A stretch of DNA of 64,000 nt from Centroscyllium fabricii (taxonomy: Eukaryota), in the NCBI GenBank assembly GCA_051313645.2, contig JBNRSN020000028.1, forward strand, positions 46,128,001-46,192,000, read 5' to 3'. A program made the position numbers and the translations under genes. The notes beneath the pieces are model-generated. The model was not told where the DNA came from. It was given only the letters and a program-made list of their open reading frames with translations, and did not search any database. How positions within the stretch are numbered: the first letter of the stretch is position 1; every line of letters begins with the position of its first letter. Positions 36,401 to 50,384 of this stretch are shown here, piece after piece.

Positions 36401-39400
36401 GTCAGTACATTGGGAAGTTTGATTCTTGGTCCAGAAGCGCACCTTTCAGTCTGTTGGGCTGTGTGTGTGTCTGGTACAGAAATGTCACCTCTCAGTAAAT
36501 GTGGATGTTGGTGTCTCTGTTACAGGAAGGTCACCTGTCAGTAAATTTGGATGTTGGTGTCTCTGTTACAGGAAGGTCACATGTCAGTAAGTTGGGACCT
36601 TCATGCCTCTTGTACAGGAAGTTCACCTGTCAGTATACTGGGAGGATTGTGTCTCAGGAACAGGAAGGCTACCTGTCAGTAAATTGGGATGTTTCTGTAT
36701 CAAGTACAGGCGGCTCAATTGTCAGAAAAATTGGGTTGTTAGTGTCGCTGGTGCAGGAATTTCACCTGTCAGTATACTGGGATGTTTGTGTCTCTGGCAC
36801 AATAAGTTCATCTGTCAATGAATTGGGATGCCTGTTTGTCCAATATCGGCGTATCACTTTTCATTAAATTGGGATGTAATGTCTCCGGTACAGGAAGGTC
36901 ACCTGTCGGTTTATTGGGATGCTATTGTCTCTGGTGCAAGAAGGGCACGTGTCAGTATATCGGGATGTTGGTGTCTGTGATGCAGGAAAGGCACCTGTCA
37001 GTATATTTGATTTTATGTCTCTCTGCTACAGTAAGGTCACCTGTCAGTAAATTGGGATGTTTGTAGCTCTGGTACAGGATGTTGACCTGTCAGTACACTG
37101 GGATGTTTTTTTCTCTGGTACAGGAATGTCTCCTGTCAATAAATTGTGATGTTTGTGCCTCTGGCACAAGAAGTTCCCCTGTCAGTCTGCTGGGATGATT
37201 GTGTCTCTGGTACACGATGGTCGCCTGTCAGCAAAATTCGGATGCTTGTTTTTCTGGTACACAAGTGTCGCCTTTCAGGAAATTGGGATGTTTGAGTCTC
37301 TGGTACAATCAGTTCATCTGACAACAGATTGGTAAGTTTGTGTCTCTGATACCGGAGGTTCACCTATCAATACATTGGGATGATTGTGTCTCTGTTACAG
37401 GAAAGTCACCTATCGGGAAATTGGGATGTTGGTCTCTCTGGTACAGGATGTTCAAATGTGAGTAGTCTGCGAGGGTTTGATTCTCTGGAACCATAAATTT
37501 ACCTGTCAGTAAATTGGGATAGCTTTTTCTCTGGTACAGGAATGACAACTGTCATTAATTTAGGATGTTTGTGTCTATGGCACAAGACGTTCACCTGTCA
37601 GGAAATTGGGATCTTTGTGTTTCTGGTACAATAAATTCCTCTGACACTATATTGGGATTTTTCTGTGGCCGATACCGGAGGTCTACCTGTCACTAAATTG
37701 GGATCTATGCTTCCCGGGTACATGAAGTTCAACTGATGGTAAACTGGGATTATCTTGTCTATGGTGCAGGAAGGTTAATTCTCAGTATATAGAGATTTTA
37801 GTGTCTCTGTTACAGCAAGTTCACCTGTAAGTAATATTGTATATTTGACTCTCTGGTACAGGAAGTTCAACTGTCTTTGTGTTTCTTGTACTGAGCGGAC
37901 ACCTGTAAGTAAATTGTGATTTCTGGGTCTCTTGTACAAGAATTTCACCTGTCAGTATATTTGCAAATTTGTGTCTCTGATACAGGAATATCACCTGACA
38001 GCAAATTGGGAAGTTTGCGTCTATGGCACCGGAATGATTTTGTCACTGGTACAGGAAGGGCAACTGTCAGTCAATTGGAATGCTTTTGTCACTGGTACAG
38101 GAAGGACACCTGTCAGTAAATTGGGATGTTTGTCTCGGAAACAGGAAGGTCACCTGTCAGTAAATTGAAATGTTTTGTCACTGGTACAGGAAGGACACCT
38201 GTCAGTAAATCGGGATATTTGTCTCGGAATCAGGAAGGTCACCTGTCAGTAAATTGGGATGTTCGCGTCACTTGTACAGGAAGGACACCTGTCAGTAAAC
38301 TGGGATGTTTGTCTCGGAAACAGGAAGGGCACCTGACAGTAATTTGGGTGATTTTATCTCTGCTACAGGAAGGTCACATGTCAGTAAATTGGGATGTTTG
38401 TGTCTCTGGTACAGGAAGTTCACCTGTCAGTATCTTTAGATGTCTGTTTCGCTGGTACAGGAATATCACTTGTTAGTTAACTGGGATGTCTATTACTCTG
38501 GTACAGGAAGGTCACCATCTGTAAATTGGGCTGTTTGTGTCTCTGGTACAGGACAGTCACCCATCAGTAAATTAGGATGTTTGTCTCTCTGGCACAAGAC
38601 GGGCAGCTTTCTTCAAATTGGGATTATTGTGACTCTGGTACAGAAATGTCACCTGCCAATAAATTGGGATTTCTGTGTCTCTGATACCGGAGAATCTCCT
38701 GTCATTAAATTGAGATTTTTGCCTCTGGTACAGGAAGGTCACCTATCAGTTAACGGGGATGTTTGTGTCTTTGGTACAGGAAGGTCAACTGTCAGTATAT
38801 TAGGATGTTTGTGTCTCTGGTACAAGAATGAGTCCTGTCAGAAAATAGGGATTTTTTTGTCTCTGGTTCAGGAAGTTCAGCTGTCGGTAAATTGGGATGT
38901 TTGTCTCTCTGGTACAGGAAGGTCACATGTCAGTATATTGGGATGTGTCTGTCTCGGTACAGGAATGTTACCTGTCAGTAATTTTGGACGTTTGTGTATA
39001 ATGTACAGGAGAGCCAGCTGTCAGAAAATTGGGATGTTAGTGTCTCTGGTACAGGAGGTTCACCTGTCAGTATACCTGGATGTTTTGTCTCTGGTACAGG
39101 AAGATCGCCTTTCAGTAAATTGGGATATGATTCTCTGGTATAATTAGGTCAGCTGTCAGAAAATTGGGATGTCTGAGTCTTGGTACAGAAGCACACCTGT
39201 TAGTATATTGGGATGTGTGTGTGTCTGGTACTGAAATGTCACCTCTCAGTAAATGTGGATGTTTGTGCCTCTTTTACAGGAGGTTCATCTGTCAGTATAC
39301 TGGGAGGATTGTGTCTCGGGAACAGGAAGGCTACCTGTCAGTAAATTGGGCTGTTTCTGCATCAAGTACAGGCGTCTCACCTGTCAGACAAATTGGGTTG

Positions 39401-42400
39401 TTAGTGTCTCTGGTGCAGGAATTTCACCTGTCAGTATACTGGGATATTTGTGTCACTGGTACAGGAAGGTTAACTGTCATTAAAATGGGTTATTGTGTCT
39501 CCGGCACAATAAGTTCACCTTTCATTAAATTGGGATGATTATGTCTCTGATACAGGAAGGTCACCTGTCGATATATTGGGAAGCTATTCTCTCTGGTGCA
39601 AGAAGGGCACGTGCCAGTATTTTGGGATGTTGGTGTCTGTTGTGCAGGAAAGGCACCTGTCAGTATATTTGATTTCATGTCTCTCTGCTTCAGTAAGGTC
39701 ACCTGTCAGTACGTTGGGATTGTGTGTCTTTGGTACAGGAAGGACACCTGTCAGTAAAATTGAATGCTTGAGACTCTGGTACAGGACGGTCGCCTGTCAG
39801 TAAATTGGGATCCTTGTGTCACTAGTACAGGATGTTCACCTGTCAGTATACTGGGATGTTTTTTTCTCTGGTACAGGAAAGTCTCCTGTCAATAAATTGG
39901 GATGTTTTATTCTCCGGTACAGAAAGTTCACCTGTCAGTAAATTGGGATGTTTGTGGCTCTCGTACAAGAAGTTCACCTGTCAGTATACTGGGATGATTG
40001 TGTCTCTGGTACAGGATGGTCGCCTGTCAGTAAAATTGGGATGCTTGTTTTTCTGGTACACAATGGTCATCTTTCAGGAAATTGGGATGTTTGAGTCTCT
40101 GGTACAATCAATTCATCTGACAATACATTGGAAGGTTTGTGTCTCTGATACCGGAGGTTCACCTGTCAATAAATTTGGATAATTGTGTTTCTGTTACAGG
40201 AAGGTCACCTATCGGGAAATTGGGAGATTGGTCTCTCTGGTACAGGATGTTCAAATGTGAGTAGTCTGCGAGGGTTTGATTCTCTGGAACCGGATGTTTA
40301 CCTGTCAGTAAATTGGGATGGTGTTGTCTCTGGTACAGGAATGACAAGTGTCATTAATTTAGGATGTTTGTGTCTCTGGCACAAGACGGTCACCTGTTAG
40401 TAAATTGGGATATTTGTGTTTCTTGTACAGTAAATTCCTCTATCAATAAATTGGGAGGTTTCTGTCGCCGATACCAGAGGTCCACCTGTCACTAAATTGG
40501 GATGTTGGCGTCCCGGGTACATGAAGTTCAACTGTTGATAAATTGGGATTCTTGCGGCTCTGGTACAGGAATGTTAACTGTCAGTAAATTGGATTTTTTT
40601 CTTTCACTTGTACAGGAATATCCCATGATAGTATATTGGGAAGTGTGTTTCTCTGGTACAGGAATATCGCATGACAGAATATTGAGATGTTTCTGTCTCT
40701 GGTACAGAAGGTCACCTGCCAGTAAATTGGGATGTTTGCATCTTGGTACAGGAAGCTCGCCATTCAGTATATTGGGATGCCGGTTTCTCTGGTACAGGAG
40801 GGTCGCCTGTCAGATAATTGGTATGTTTTTGACTCTAGTACAGGAGGATCACATGTCTGTATACTGGGATGTTTGCGTCTCGGGTACAGGAAGTTGACCT
40901 GTCAGTAAATTGGGATGCTTGTGCATCATGTACAGGAGTGTCACATGTCAGCAAGTTGGGATGTTAGTTCCTCTGGTACAGGAAGGTTACGTGTCATTAA
41001 AAACAGATGATTGTGTGTCTGGTACAGGAAGTTCACCTGTCAGTAAATTGGGGTCTTTGTGTCTCTGGCACGATGCGTTCATGTGTCAATAAATTGGGAC
41101 GTATTTTTTTACGATAATGGAGGTTCACCTGTCATTAAATTGGGATGTTTATGTCTCTAACAGGAATGCCACCTGCTTGTAAATTGGGACGTTGCTGTCT
41201 CTGGTACAGGAAGATCAACTGTAAGTCTATTTGGATGTTTGTGGCTTTGATGCAGGAAAGGCACCTGTCAGTAAATTTTGATGTTTGAGTCTCTGGTACA
41301 GGAAGGGCACCTATCAGTATTTTGGCATGTTGGTGTCTCTGTTACAGGAAGGTCACCTGTCAGTAAATTTGGATGTTGGTGTCTCTGTTACAGGAAGGTC
41401 ACATGTCAGTAAGTTGGGACCTTCATGCCTCTTGTACAGGAAGTTCACCTGTCAGTATACTGGGAGGATTGTGTCTCAGGAACAGGAAGGCTACCTGTCA
41501 GTAAATTGGGATGTTTCTGTATCAAGTACACGCGGCTCAACTGTCAGAAAAATTGGGTTGTTAGTGTCGCTGGTGCAGGAATTTCACCTGTCAGTATACT
41601 GGGATGTTTGTGTCTCTGGCACAATAAGTTCATCTGTCAATGAATTGGGATGTCTGTTTGTCCAATATCGGCGTATCACTTTTCATTAAATTGGGATGTA
41701 ATGTCTCCGGTACGGGAAGGTCACCTGTCGGTTTATTGGGATGCTATTGTCTCTGGTGCAAGAATGGCACGTGTCAGTATATCGGGATGTTGGTGTCTGT
41801 GATGCAGGAAAGGCACCTGTCAGTATATTTGATTTTATGTCTCTCTGCTACAGTAAGGTCACCTGTCAGTAAATTGGGATGTTTGTAGCTCTTGTACAGG
41901 ATGTTGACCTGTCAGTACACTGGGATGTTTTTTTCTCTGGTACAGGAATGTCTCCTGTCAATAAATTGTGATGTTTGTGCCTCTGGCACAAGAAGTTCCC
42001 CTGTCAGTCTGCTGGGATGATTGTGTCTCTGGTACACGATGGTCGCCTGTCATCAAAATTCGGATGCTTGTTTTTCTGGTACACAAGTGTCGCCTTTCAG
42101 GAAATTGGGATGTTTGAGTCTCTGGTACAATCAGTTCATCTGACAACAGATTGGTAAGTTTGTGTCTCTGATACCGGAGGTTCACCTATCAATACATTGG
42201 GATGATTGTGTCTCTGTTACAGGAAAGTCACCTATCGGGAAATTGGGATGTTGGTCTCTCTGGTACAGGATGTTCAAATGTGAGTAGTCTGCGAGGGTTT
42301 GATTCTCTGGAACCATAAATTTACCTGTCAGTAAATTGGGATCCTTGTGTCACTTGTACAGGATGTTCACCTGTCAGTATACTGGGATGTTTTTTTCTCT

Positions 42401-45400
42401 GGTACAGGAAAGTCTCCTGTCAATAAATTGGGATGTTTTATTCTCCGGTCCAGAAAGTTCACCTGTCAGTAAATTGGGATGTTTGTGGCTCTCGTACAAG
42501 AAGTTCACCTGTCAGTATACTGGGATGATTGTGTCTCTGGTACAGGATGGTCGCCTGTCAGTAAAATTGGGATGCTTGTTTTTCTGGTACACAATGGTCA
42601 TCTTTCAGGAAATTGGGATGTTTGAGTCTCTGGAACAATCAATTCATCTGACAATACATTGGAAGGTTTGTGTCTCTGATACCGGAGGTTCACCTGTCAA
42701 TAAATTTGGATAATTGTGTTTCTGTTACAGGAAGGTCACCTATCGGGAAATTGGGAGATTGGTCTCTCTGGTACAGGATGTTCAAATGTGAGTAGTCTGC
42801 GAGGGTTTGATTCTCTGGAACCGGATGTTTACCTGTCAGTAAATTGGGATGGTGTTGTCTCTGGTACAGGAATGACAAGTGTCATTAATTTAGGATGTTT
42901 GTGTCTCTGGCACAAGACGGTCACCTGTTAGTAAATTGGGATATTTGTGTTTCTTGTACAGTAAATTCCTCTATCAATAAATTGGGAGGTTTCTGTCGCC
43001 GATACCAGAGGTCCACCTGTCACTAAATTGGGATGTTGGCGTCCCGGGTACATGAAGTTCAACTGTTGATAAATTGGGATTCTTGCGGCTCTGGTACAGG
43101 AATGTTAACTGTCAGTAAATTGGATTTTTTTCTTTCACTTGTACAGGAATATCCCATGATAGTATATTGGGAAGTGTGTTTCTCTGGTACAGGAATATCG
43201 CATGACAGAATATTGAGATGTTTCTGTCTCTGGTACAGAAGGTCACCTGCCAGTAAATTGGGATGTTTGCATCTTGGTACAGGAAGCTCGCCATTCAGTA
43301 TATTGGGATGCCGGTTTCTCTGGTACAGGAGGGTCGCCTGTCAGATAATTGGTATGTTTTTGACTCTAGTACAGGAGGATCACATGTCTGTATACTGGGA
43401 TGTTTGCGTCTCGGGTACAGGAAGTTGACCTGTCAGTAAATTGGGATGCTTGTGCATCATGTACAGGAGTGTCACATGTCAGCAAGTTGGGATGTTAGTT
43501 CCTCTGGTACAGGAAGGTTACGTGTCATTAAAAACAGATGATTGTGTGTCTGGTACAGGAAGTTCACCTGTCAGTAAATTGGGGTCTTTGTGTCTCTGGC
43601 ACGATGCGTTCATGTGTCAATAAATTGGGACGTATTTTTTTACGATAATGGAGGTTCACCTGTCATTAAATTGGGATGTTTATGTCTCTAACAGGAATGC
43701 CACCTGCTTGTAAATTGGGACGTTGCTGTCTCTGGTACAGGAAGATCAAATGTAAGTCTATTTGGATGTTTGTGGCTTTGATGCAGGAAAGGCACCTGTC
43801 AGTAAATTTTGATGTTTGAGTCTCTGGTACAGGAAGGGCACCTATCAGTATTTTGGCATGTTGGTGTCTCTGTTACAGGAAGGTCACCTGTCAGTAAATT
43901 TGGATGTTGGTGTCTCTGTTACAGGAAGGTCACATGTCAGTAAGTTGGGACCTTCATGCCTCTTGTACAGGAAGTTCACCTGTCAGTATACTGGGAGGAT
44001 TGTGTCTCAGGAACAGGAAGGCTACCTGTCAGTAAATTGGGATGTTTCTGTATCAAGTACAGGCGGCTCAACTGTCAGAAAAATTGGGTTGTTAGTGTCG
44101 CTGGTGCAGGAATTTCACCTGTCAGTATACTGGGATGTTTGTGTCTCTGGCACAATAAGTTCATCTGTCAATGAATTGGGATGTCTGTTTGTCCAATATC
44201 GGCGTATCACTTTTCATTAAATTGGGATGTAATGTCTCCGGTACGGGAAGGTCACCTGTCGGTTTATTGGGATGCTATTGTCTCTGGTGCAAGAAGGGCA
44301 CGTGTCAGTATATCGGGATGTTGGTGTCTGTGATGCAGGAAAGGCACCTGTCAGTATATTTGATTTTATGTCTCTCTGCTACAGTAAGGTCACCTGTCAG
44401 TAAATTGGGATGTTTGTAGCTCTTGTACAGGATGTTGACCTGTCAGTACACTGGGATGTTTTTTTCTCTGGTACAGGAATGTCTCCTGTCAATAAATTGT
44501 GATGTTTGTGCCTCTGGCACAAGAAGTTCCCCTGTCAGTCTGCTGGGATGATTGTGTCTCTGGTACACGATGGTCGCCTGTCAGCAAAATTCGGATGCTT
44601 GTTTTTCTGGTACACAAGTGTCGCCTTTCAGGAAATTGGGATGTTTGAGTCTCTGGTACAATCAGTTCATCTGACAACAGATTGGTAAGTTTGTGTCTCT
44701 GATACCGGAGGTTCACCTATCAATACATTGGGATGATTGTGTCTCTGTTACAGGAAAGTCACCTATCGGGAAATTAGGATGTTGGTCTCTCTGGTACAGG
44801 ATGTTCAAATGTGAGTAGTCTGCGAGGGTTTGATTCTCTGGAACCATGAATTTACCTGTCAGTAAATTGGGATAGCTTTTTCTCTGGCACAGGAATGACA
44901 ACTGTCATTAATTTAGGATGTTTGTGTCTATGGCACAAGACGTTCGCCTGTCAGGAAATTGGGATCTTTGTGTTTCTGGTACAATAAATTCCTCTGACAA
45001 TATATTGGGATTTTTCTGTGGCCGATACCGGAGGTCTACCTGTCACTAAATTGGGATCTATGCTTCCCGGGTACATGAAGTTCAACTGTTGGTAAACTGG
45101 GATTATCGTGTCTATGGTGCAGGAAGGTTAACTCTCAGTATATAGAGATTTTAGTGTCTCTGTTATAGGAAGTTCACCTGTAAGTAATATTGTATATTTG
45201 ACTCTCTGGTACAGGAAGTTCAACTGTCTTTGTGTTTCTTGTACTGAGCGGACACCTGTAAGTAAATTGTGATTTCTGGGTCTCTTGTACAAGAATTTCA
45301 CCTGTCAGTATATTTGCAAATTTGTGTCTCTGATACAGGAATATCACCTGACAGTAAATTGGGAAGTTTGCGTCTATGGCACCGGAATGATTTTGTCACT

Positions 45401-48161
45401 GGTACAGGAAGGGCAACTGTCAGTCAATTGGAATGCTTTTGTCACTGGTACAGGAAGGACACCTGTCAGTAAATTGGGATGTTTGTCTCGGAAACAGGAA
45501 GGTCACCTGTCAGTAAATTGAAATGTTTTGTCACTGGTACAGGAAGGACACCTGTCAGTAAATCGGGATGTTTGTCTCGGAATCAGGAAGGTCACCTGTC
45601 AGTAAATTGGGATGTTCGCGTCACTTGTACAGGAAGGACACCTGTCAGTAAACTGGGATGTTTGTCTCGGAAACAGGAAGGGCACCTGACAGTAATTTGG
45701 GTGATTTTATCTCTGCTACAGGAAGGTCACATGTCAGTAAATTGGGATGTTTGTGTCTCTGGTACAGGAAGTTCACCTGTCAGTATCTTTAGATGTCTGT
45801 TTCGCTGGTACAGGAATATCACTTGTTAGTTAACTGGGATGTCTGTTACTCTGGTACAGGAAGGTCACCATCTGTAAATTGGGCTGTTTGTGTCTCTGGT
45901 ACAGGACAGTCACCCATCAGTAAATTAGGATGTTTGTCTCTCTGGCACAAGACGGGCAGCTTTCTTCAAATTGGGATTATTGTGACTCTGGTACAGAAAT
46001 GTCACCTGCCAATAAATTGGGATTTCTGTGTTTCTGATACCGGAGAATCACCTGTCATTAAATTGAGATTTTTGCCTCTGGTGCAGGAAGGTCACCTATC
46101 AGTTATCGGGGATGTTTGTGTCTTTGGTACAGGAAGGTCAACTGTCAGTATATTAGGATGTTTGTGTCTCTGGTACAAGAATGAGTCCTGTCAGAATATA
46201 GGGATTTTTTTGTCTCTGGTTCAGGAAGTTCAGCTGTCGGTAAATTGGGATGTTTGTCTCTCTGGTACAGGAAGGTCACATGTCAGTATATTGGGATGTG
46301 TCTGTCTCGGTACAGGAATGTTACCTGTCAGTAATTTTGGACGTTTGTGTATAATGTACAGGAGAGCCAGCTGTCAGAAAATTGGGATGTTAGTGTCTCT
46401 GTTACAGGAGGTTCACCTGTCAGTATACCTGGATGTTTTGTCTCTGGTACAGGAAGATCGCCTTTCAGTAAATTGGGATATGATTCTCTGGTATAATTAG
46501 GTCAGCTGTCAGAAAATTGGGATGTCTGAGTCTTGGTACAGAAGCGCACCTGTTAGTATATTGGGATGTGTGTGTGTCTGGTACTGAAATGTCACCTCTC
46601 AGTAAATGTGGATGTTTGTGCCTCTTTTATAGGAGGTTCATCTGTCAGTATACTGGGAGGATTGTGTCTCGGGAACAGGAAGGCTACCTGTCAGTAAATT
46701 GGGCTGTTTCTGGATCAAGTACAGGCGTCTCACCTGTCAGACAAATTGGGTTGTTAGTGTCTCTGGTGCAGGAATTTCACCTGTCAGTATACTGGGATAT
46801 TTGTGTCACTGGTACAGGAAGGTTAACTGTCATTAAAATGGGTTATTGTGTCTCCGGCACAATAAGTTCACCTTTCATTAAATTGGGATGATTATGTCTC
46901 TGATACAGGAAGGTCACCTGTCGATATATTGGGATGCTATTCTCTCTGGTGCAAGAAGGGCACGTGCCAGTATTTTGGGATGTTGGTGTCTGTTGTGCAG
47001 GAAAGGCACCTGTCAGTATATTTGATTTCATGTCTCTCTGCTTCAGTAAGGTCACCTGTCAGTACGTTGGGATTGTGTGTCTTTGGTACAGGAAGGACAC
47101 CTGTCAGTAAAATTGAATGCTTGAGACTCTGGTACAGGACGGTCGCCTGTCAATAAATTGGGATCCTGTGTCACTTGTACAGGATGTTCGCCTGTCAGTA
47201 TACTGGGATGTTTTTTTCTCTGGTACAGGAACGTCTCCTGTCAATAAATTGGGATGTTTTATTCTCCGGTACAGAAAGGTCACCTGTCAGTAAATTGGGA
47301 TGTTTGTGTCTCTCGTACAAGAAGTTCACCTGTCAGTATACTGGGATGATTGTGTCTCTGGTACAGGATGGTCGCCTGTCAGTAAAATTGGAATGCTTGT
47401 TTTTCTGGTACAGGAGGGTCGCCTGTCAGATAATTGGTATGTTTTTGACTCTAGTACAGGAAGATCACATGTCTGTAATCTGGGATGTTTGCGTCTCGAG
47501 TACAGGAAGTTGACCTGTCAGTAAATTGGGATGCTTGTGCATCATGTACAGGAGTGTCACATGTCAGCAAGTTGGGATGTTAGTTCCTCTGGTACAGGAA
47601 GGTTACGTGTCATTAAAAACAGATGATTGTGTGTCTGGTACAGGAAGTTCACCTGTCAGTAAATTGGGGTCTTTGTGTCTCTGGCACGATGCGTTCATGT
47701 GTCAATAAATTGGGACGTATTTTTTTACGATAATGGAGGTTCACCTGTCATTAAATTGGGATGTTTATGTCTCTAACATGAATGCCACCTGCTTGTAAAT
47801 TGGGAGTTTGCTGTCTCTGGTACAGGAAGATCAACTGTAAGTCTATTTGGATGTTTGTGGCTTTGATGCAGGAAAGGCACCTGTCAGTAAATTTTGATGT
47901 TTGAGTCTCTGGTACAGGAAGGGCACCTATCAGTATATTGGCATGTTGGTGTTTCTAGTACAGGAAGGTCACCTGTCAGTGAATTGGCATGTTGGTGTTT
48001 CTAGTACAGGAAGGTCACCTGTCAGTAAATTGAGTTGTTTGTGTCCCTGGTAGAGGAATATCACCTGTCAGTAAATTTGGATGTTTGCGCCTCTTATAAT
48101 GGAAGCTCACATGTCAGTAAATTTGGATGTTTGTCGCTGGTACAGGAAGTCCCCCTGTCAG

Positions 48162-48655
48162 GAGGGGAGGTGGTGGCGTAGTGGCTATGGCACGAGACTA
48201 GTAAGCCAGCGGCTCAGTCAAATGCTCTGAGGATATGGGTTCAAATCACAGCACGGCAGCTGGTGGAATTTAAATTCAATTCAATTTAATTCTGGAATTA
48301 AATGTTAGTCTTATTAATGGCGACCATGATACCGTTATCGATTGTTGCAAAAATCCATCTGGTTCACTAATGTCCTTTAGGCAAGGCAATTTGCCGTCCT
48401 TACCTGGTCTGGACTACATCTGACTCCAGACCCACAGCAATGTGGTTGACTCTTAATGCCCTCTGAAATGGCCTAGCAAGCTACTCAGTTGTAAACAACT
48501 GCTACGGAACATTGTGTTTGTACCTACACCATATTGTCTGCAGCGGTTCAAGAAGGCGGTTCACCGCCATCTTCTCAAGGGCAATTAGGGATGGGCACTA
48601 AATGCAGGCCTAGCCAGCCAGCGACGCCCACATCCCATCAATGAATTTAAAAAAA
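48162..48655 (+). mobile_element. tRNA-derived SINE of a second family, inserted in the satellite
   Basis: A box tggcgtagtgg, B box ggttcaaatc, LINE-like tail gcagcggttcaagaaggcgg..gggcaattagggatggg, A-rich end; splits a monomer cctgtcag|tatactggg. Confidence 0.8.
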
Positions 48656-50384
48656 TTATACTGGGATGATTCTGTCTCTGTCACAGGAAGGTCACCTTTC
48701 AGTAAAATTGGGATGCTTGTCTTTCAGGTACTGCAGTGTCACCTTTCGGTAAATTGGGATATTTGTGGCTCGGTTACAAAAATGTCATCTGTCAGTAAAC
48801 TTGGATATTTGTCTCTCTGGTACAGGAGGTTCAACTGTCCGTATATTGGGATATATGAGTCGCTGGTGCAGGAAGGAGACCTGTCATTATTTTGGAATAT
48901 TTGTGTCTCTGGTACAGGAGGTTCACCTGTCAGTATATTGGGATGTTATTGTATCAGCTGCATGAATGTCACATGTTAATTAATCGGTATATTTGAGTTT
49001 CTGCTGCAGAAAGAACACCTGTCCATAAATTGGGATGTTAGTGTCTCTGCGACATGAAGGTCACCTGTCAGTATACTGGGATGTGTGTGCCTTGAGTAGA
49101 GTAAGGTTACTTGTCAGTAAATTGGGATGTTAGTGTATCATGTGCAGGAGAGTCACCTGTCAGCAAATTGGGATGTTATTGTCTCTGGTAGAGGATTTTC
49201 ACCTGTCAGTAATTTGTGATGTTTGTGTCTCTAGTACAGGAAGATCACCTGTCAGTTAATTGGGATGTTGGTGTGTCTGGTACAGGAAGTTTAGCTGTCA
49301 CTAAAATGGGATGATTGTGTCTCTGTAACAGGAAGGTCACCTGTCAGTAAATTGGGATGTTTCTGTCTCTGGCACCATACGTTCATCTGTCAATGAATTG
49401 GAATGTGTGTATTTCCGATACCGGAGTATCACCTTTCAATAAATTAGGATGTTTCTGTCTCTGGTACAGGAAGGGCACCTGTCAGTAAATTGGCATGTTG
49501 GTGTTTCTAGTACAGGAAGTTCACCTGTCAGTAAATTGAGTTGTTTGTGTCTCTGGTACAGGAATGGCACCTGTCAGTAAATTGAGTTGTTTGTGTCTCT
49601 GGTACGGGAGGGTCAGCTGTCTGTACATTGGGATTTTTGTGTCTCTGGTACAGGTAGGAGACCTGTCAGTAAATTACCATGTGTATGTCTCAGGTGCAGT
49701 AATTTCACCGTTGAGTAAATTAGGATGTTTCTGCTTCTGTTACGGGAAGGTCAAATTTCAGTAATTTGGGATTTTTTTTCTCTGGTACAGAAAGATCCCC
49801 TGCCAGTAAATTTGGATGTTTGTGGCACTGGTACGGGAGGGTCACCTGTCAGTTAATTGGGTTGTTTGTGTCTCTGGTACAGGAGGAGACCTGTCAGTAA
49901 ATTGAGATATTTGAGTCTATGGTACAACAAGTTCACCTGGCAGTAAATTGGGATATGTGTCTCTCTGGTAACGGAAGTTCGCCAGTCAGTAAATTGGGAT
50001 GTTTGTGTCTCTGGTACAGGAAGATCACCTGCCAGTAAATTGGGATGTTTGTGGCACTGGTACGGGAGGGTCACCTGTCAGAAATTTGGGATGTTTTTAT
50101 CTGTGGTACAAGAAGGTTAACTGTCAGTAAATTGGGATGTTGTGTCTCTGGTAAAGGAAGATCACCTGTCAGTCAATTGGGGCGTTTTTGTCTCTGGTGC
50201 AGGAAGGGCACATGTCAGTAAATTGGGATATTTGTGTCTCTGGTGCACGAAGGTCAACTGTCCGAAAGTTGGGACGTTTGTGTCTCTGGGACAGGAAGTT
50301 CAGCTGGCAGTATACTGGGATGTTTCTGTATCGGGTATGGGAAGGCCAGCTGTCGTTAAATTGGCATGTTATTGTGTCTGGTAC

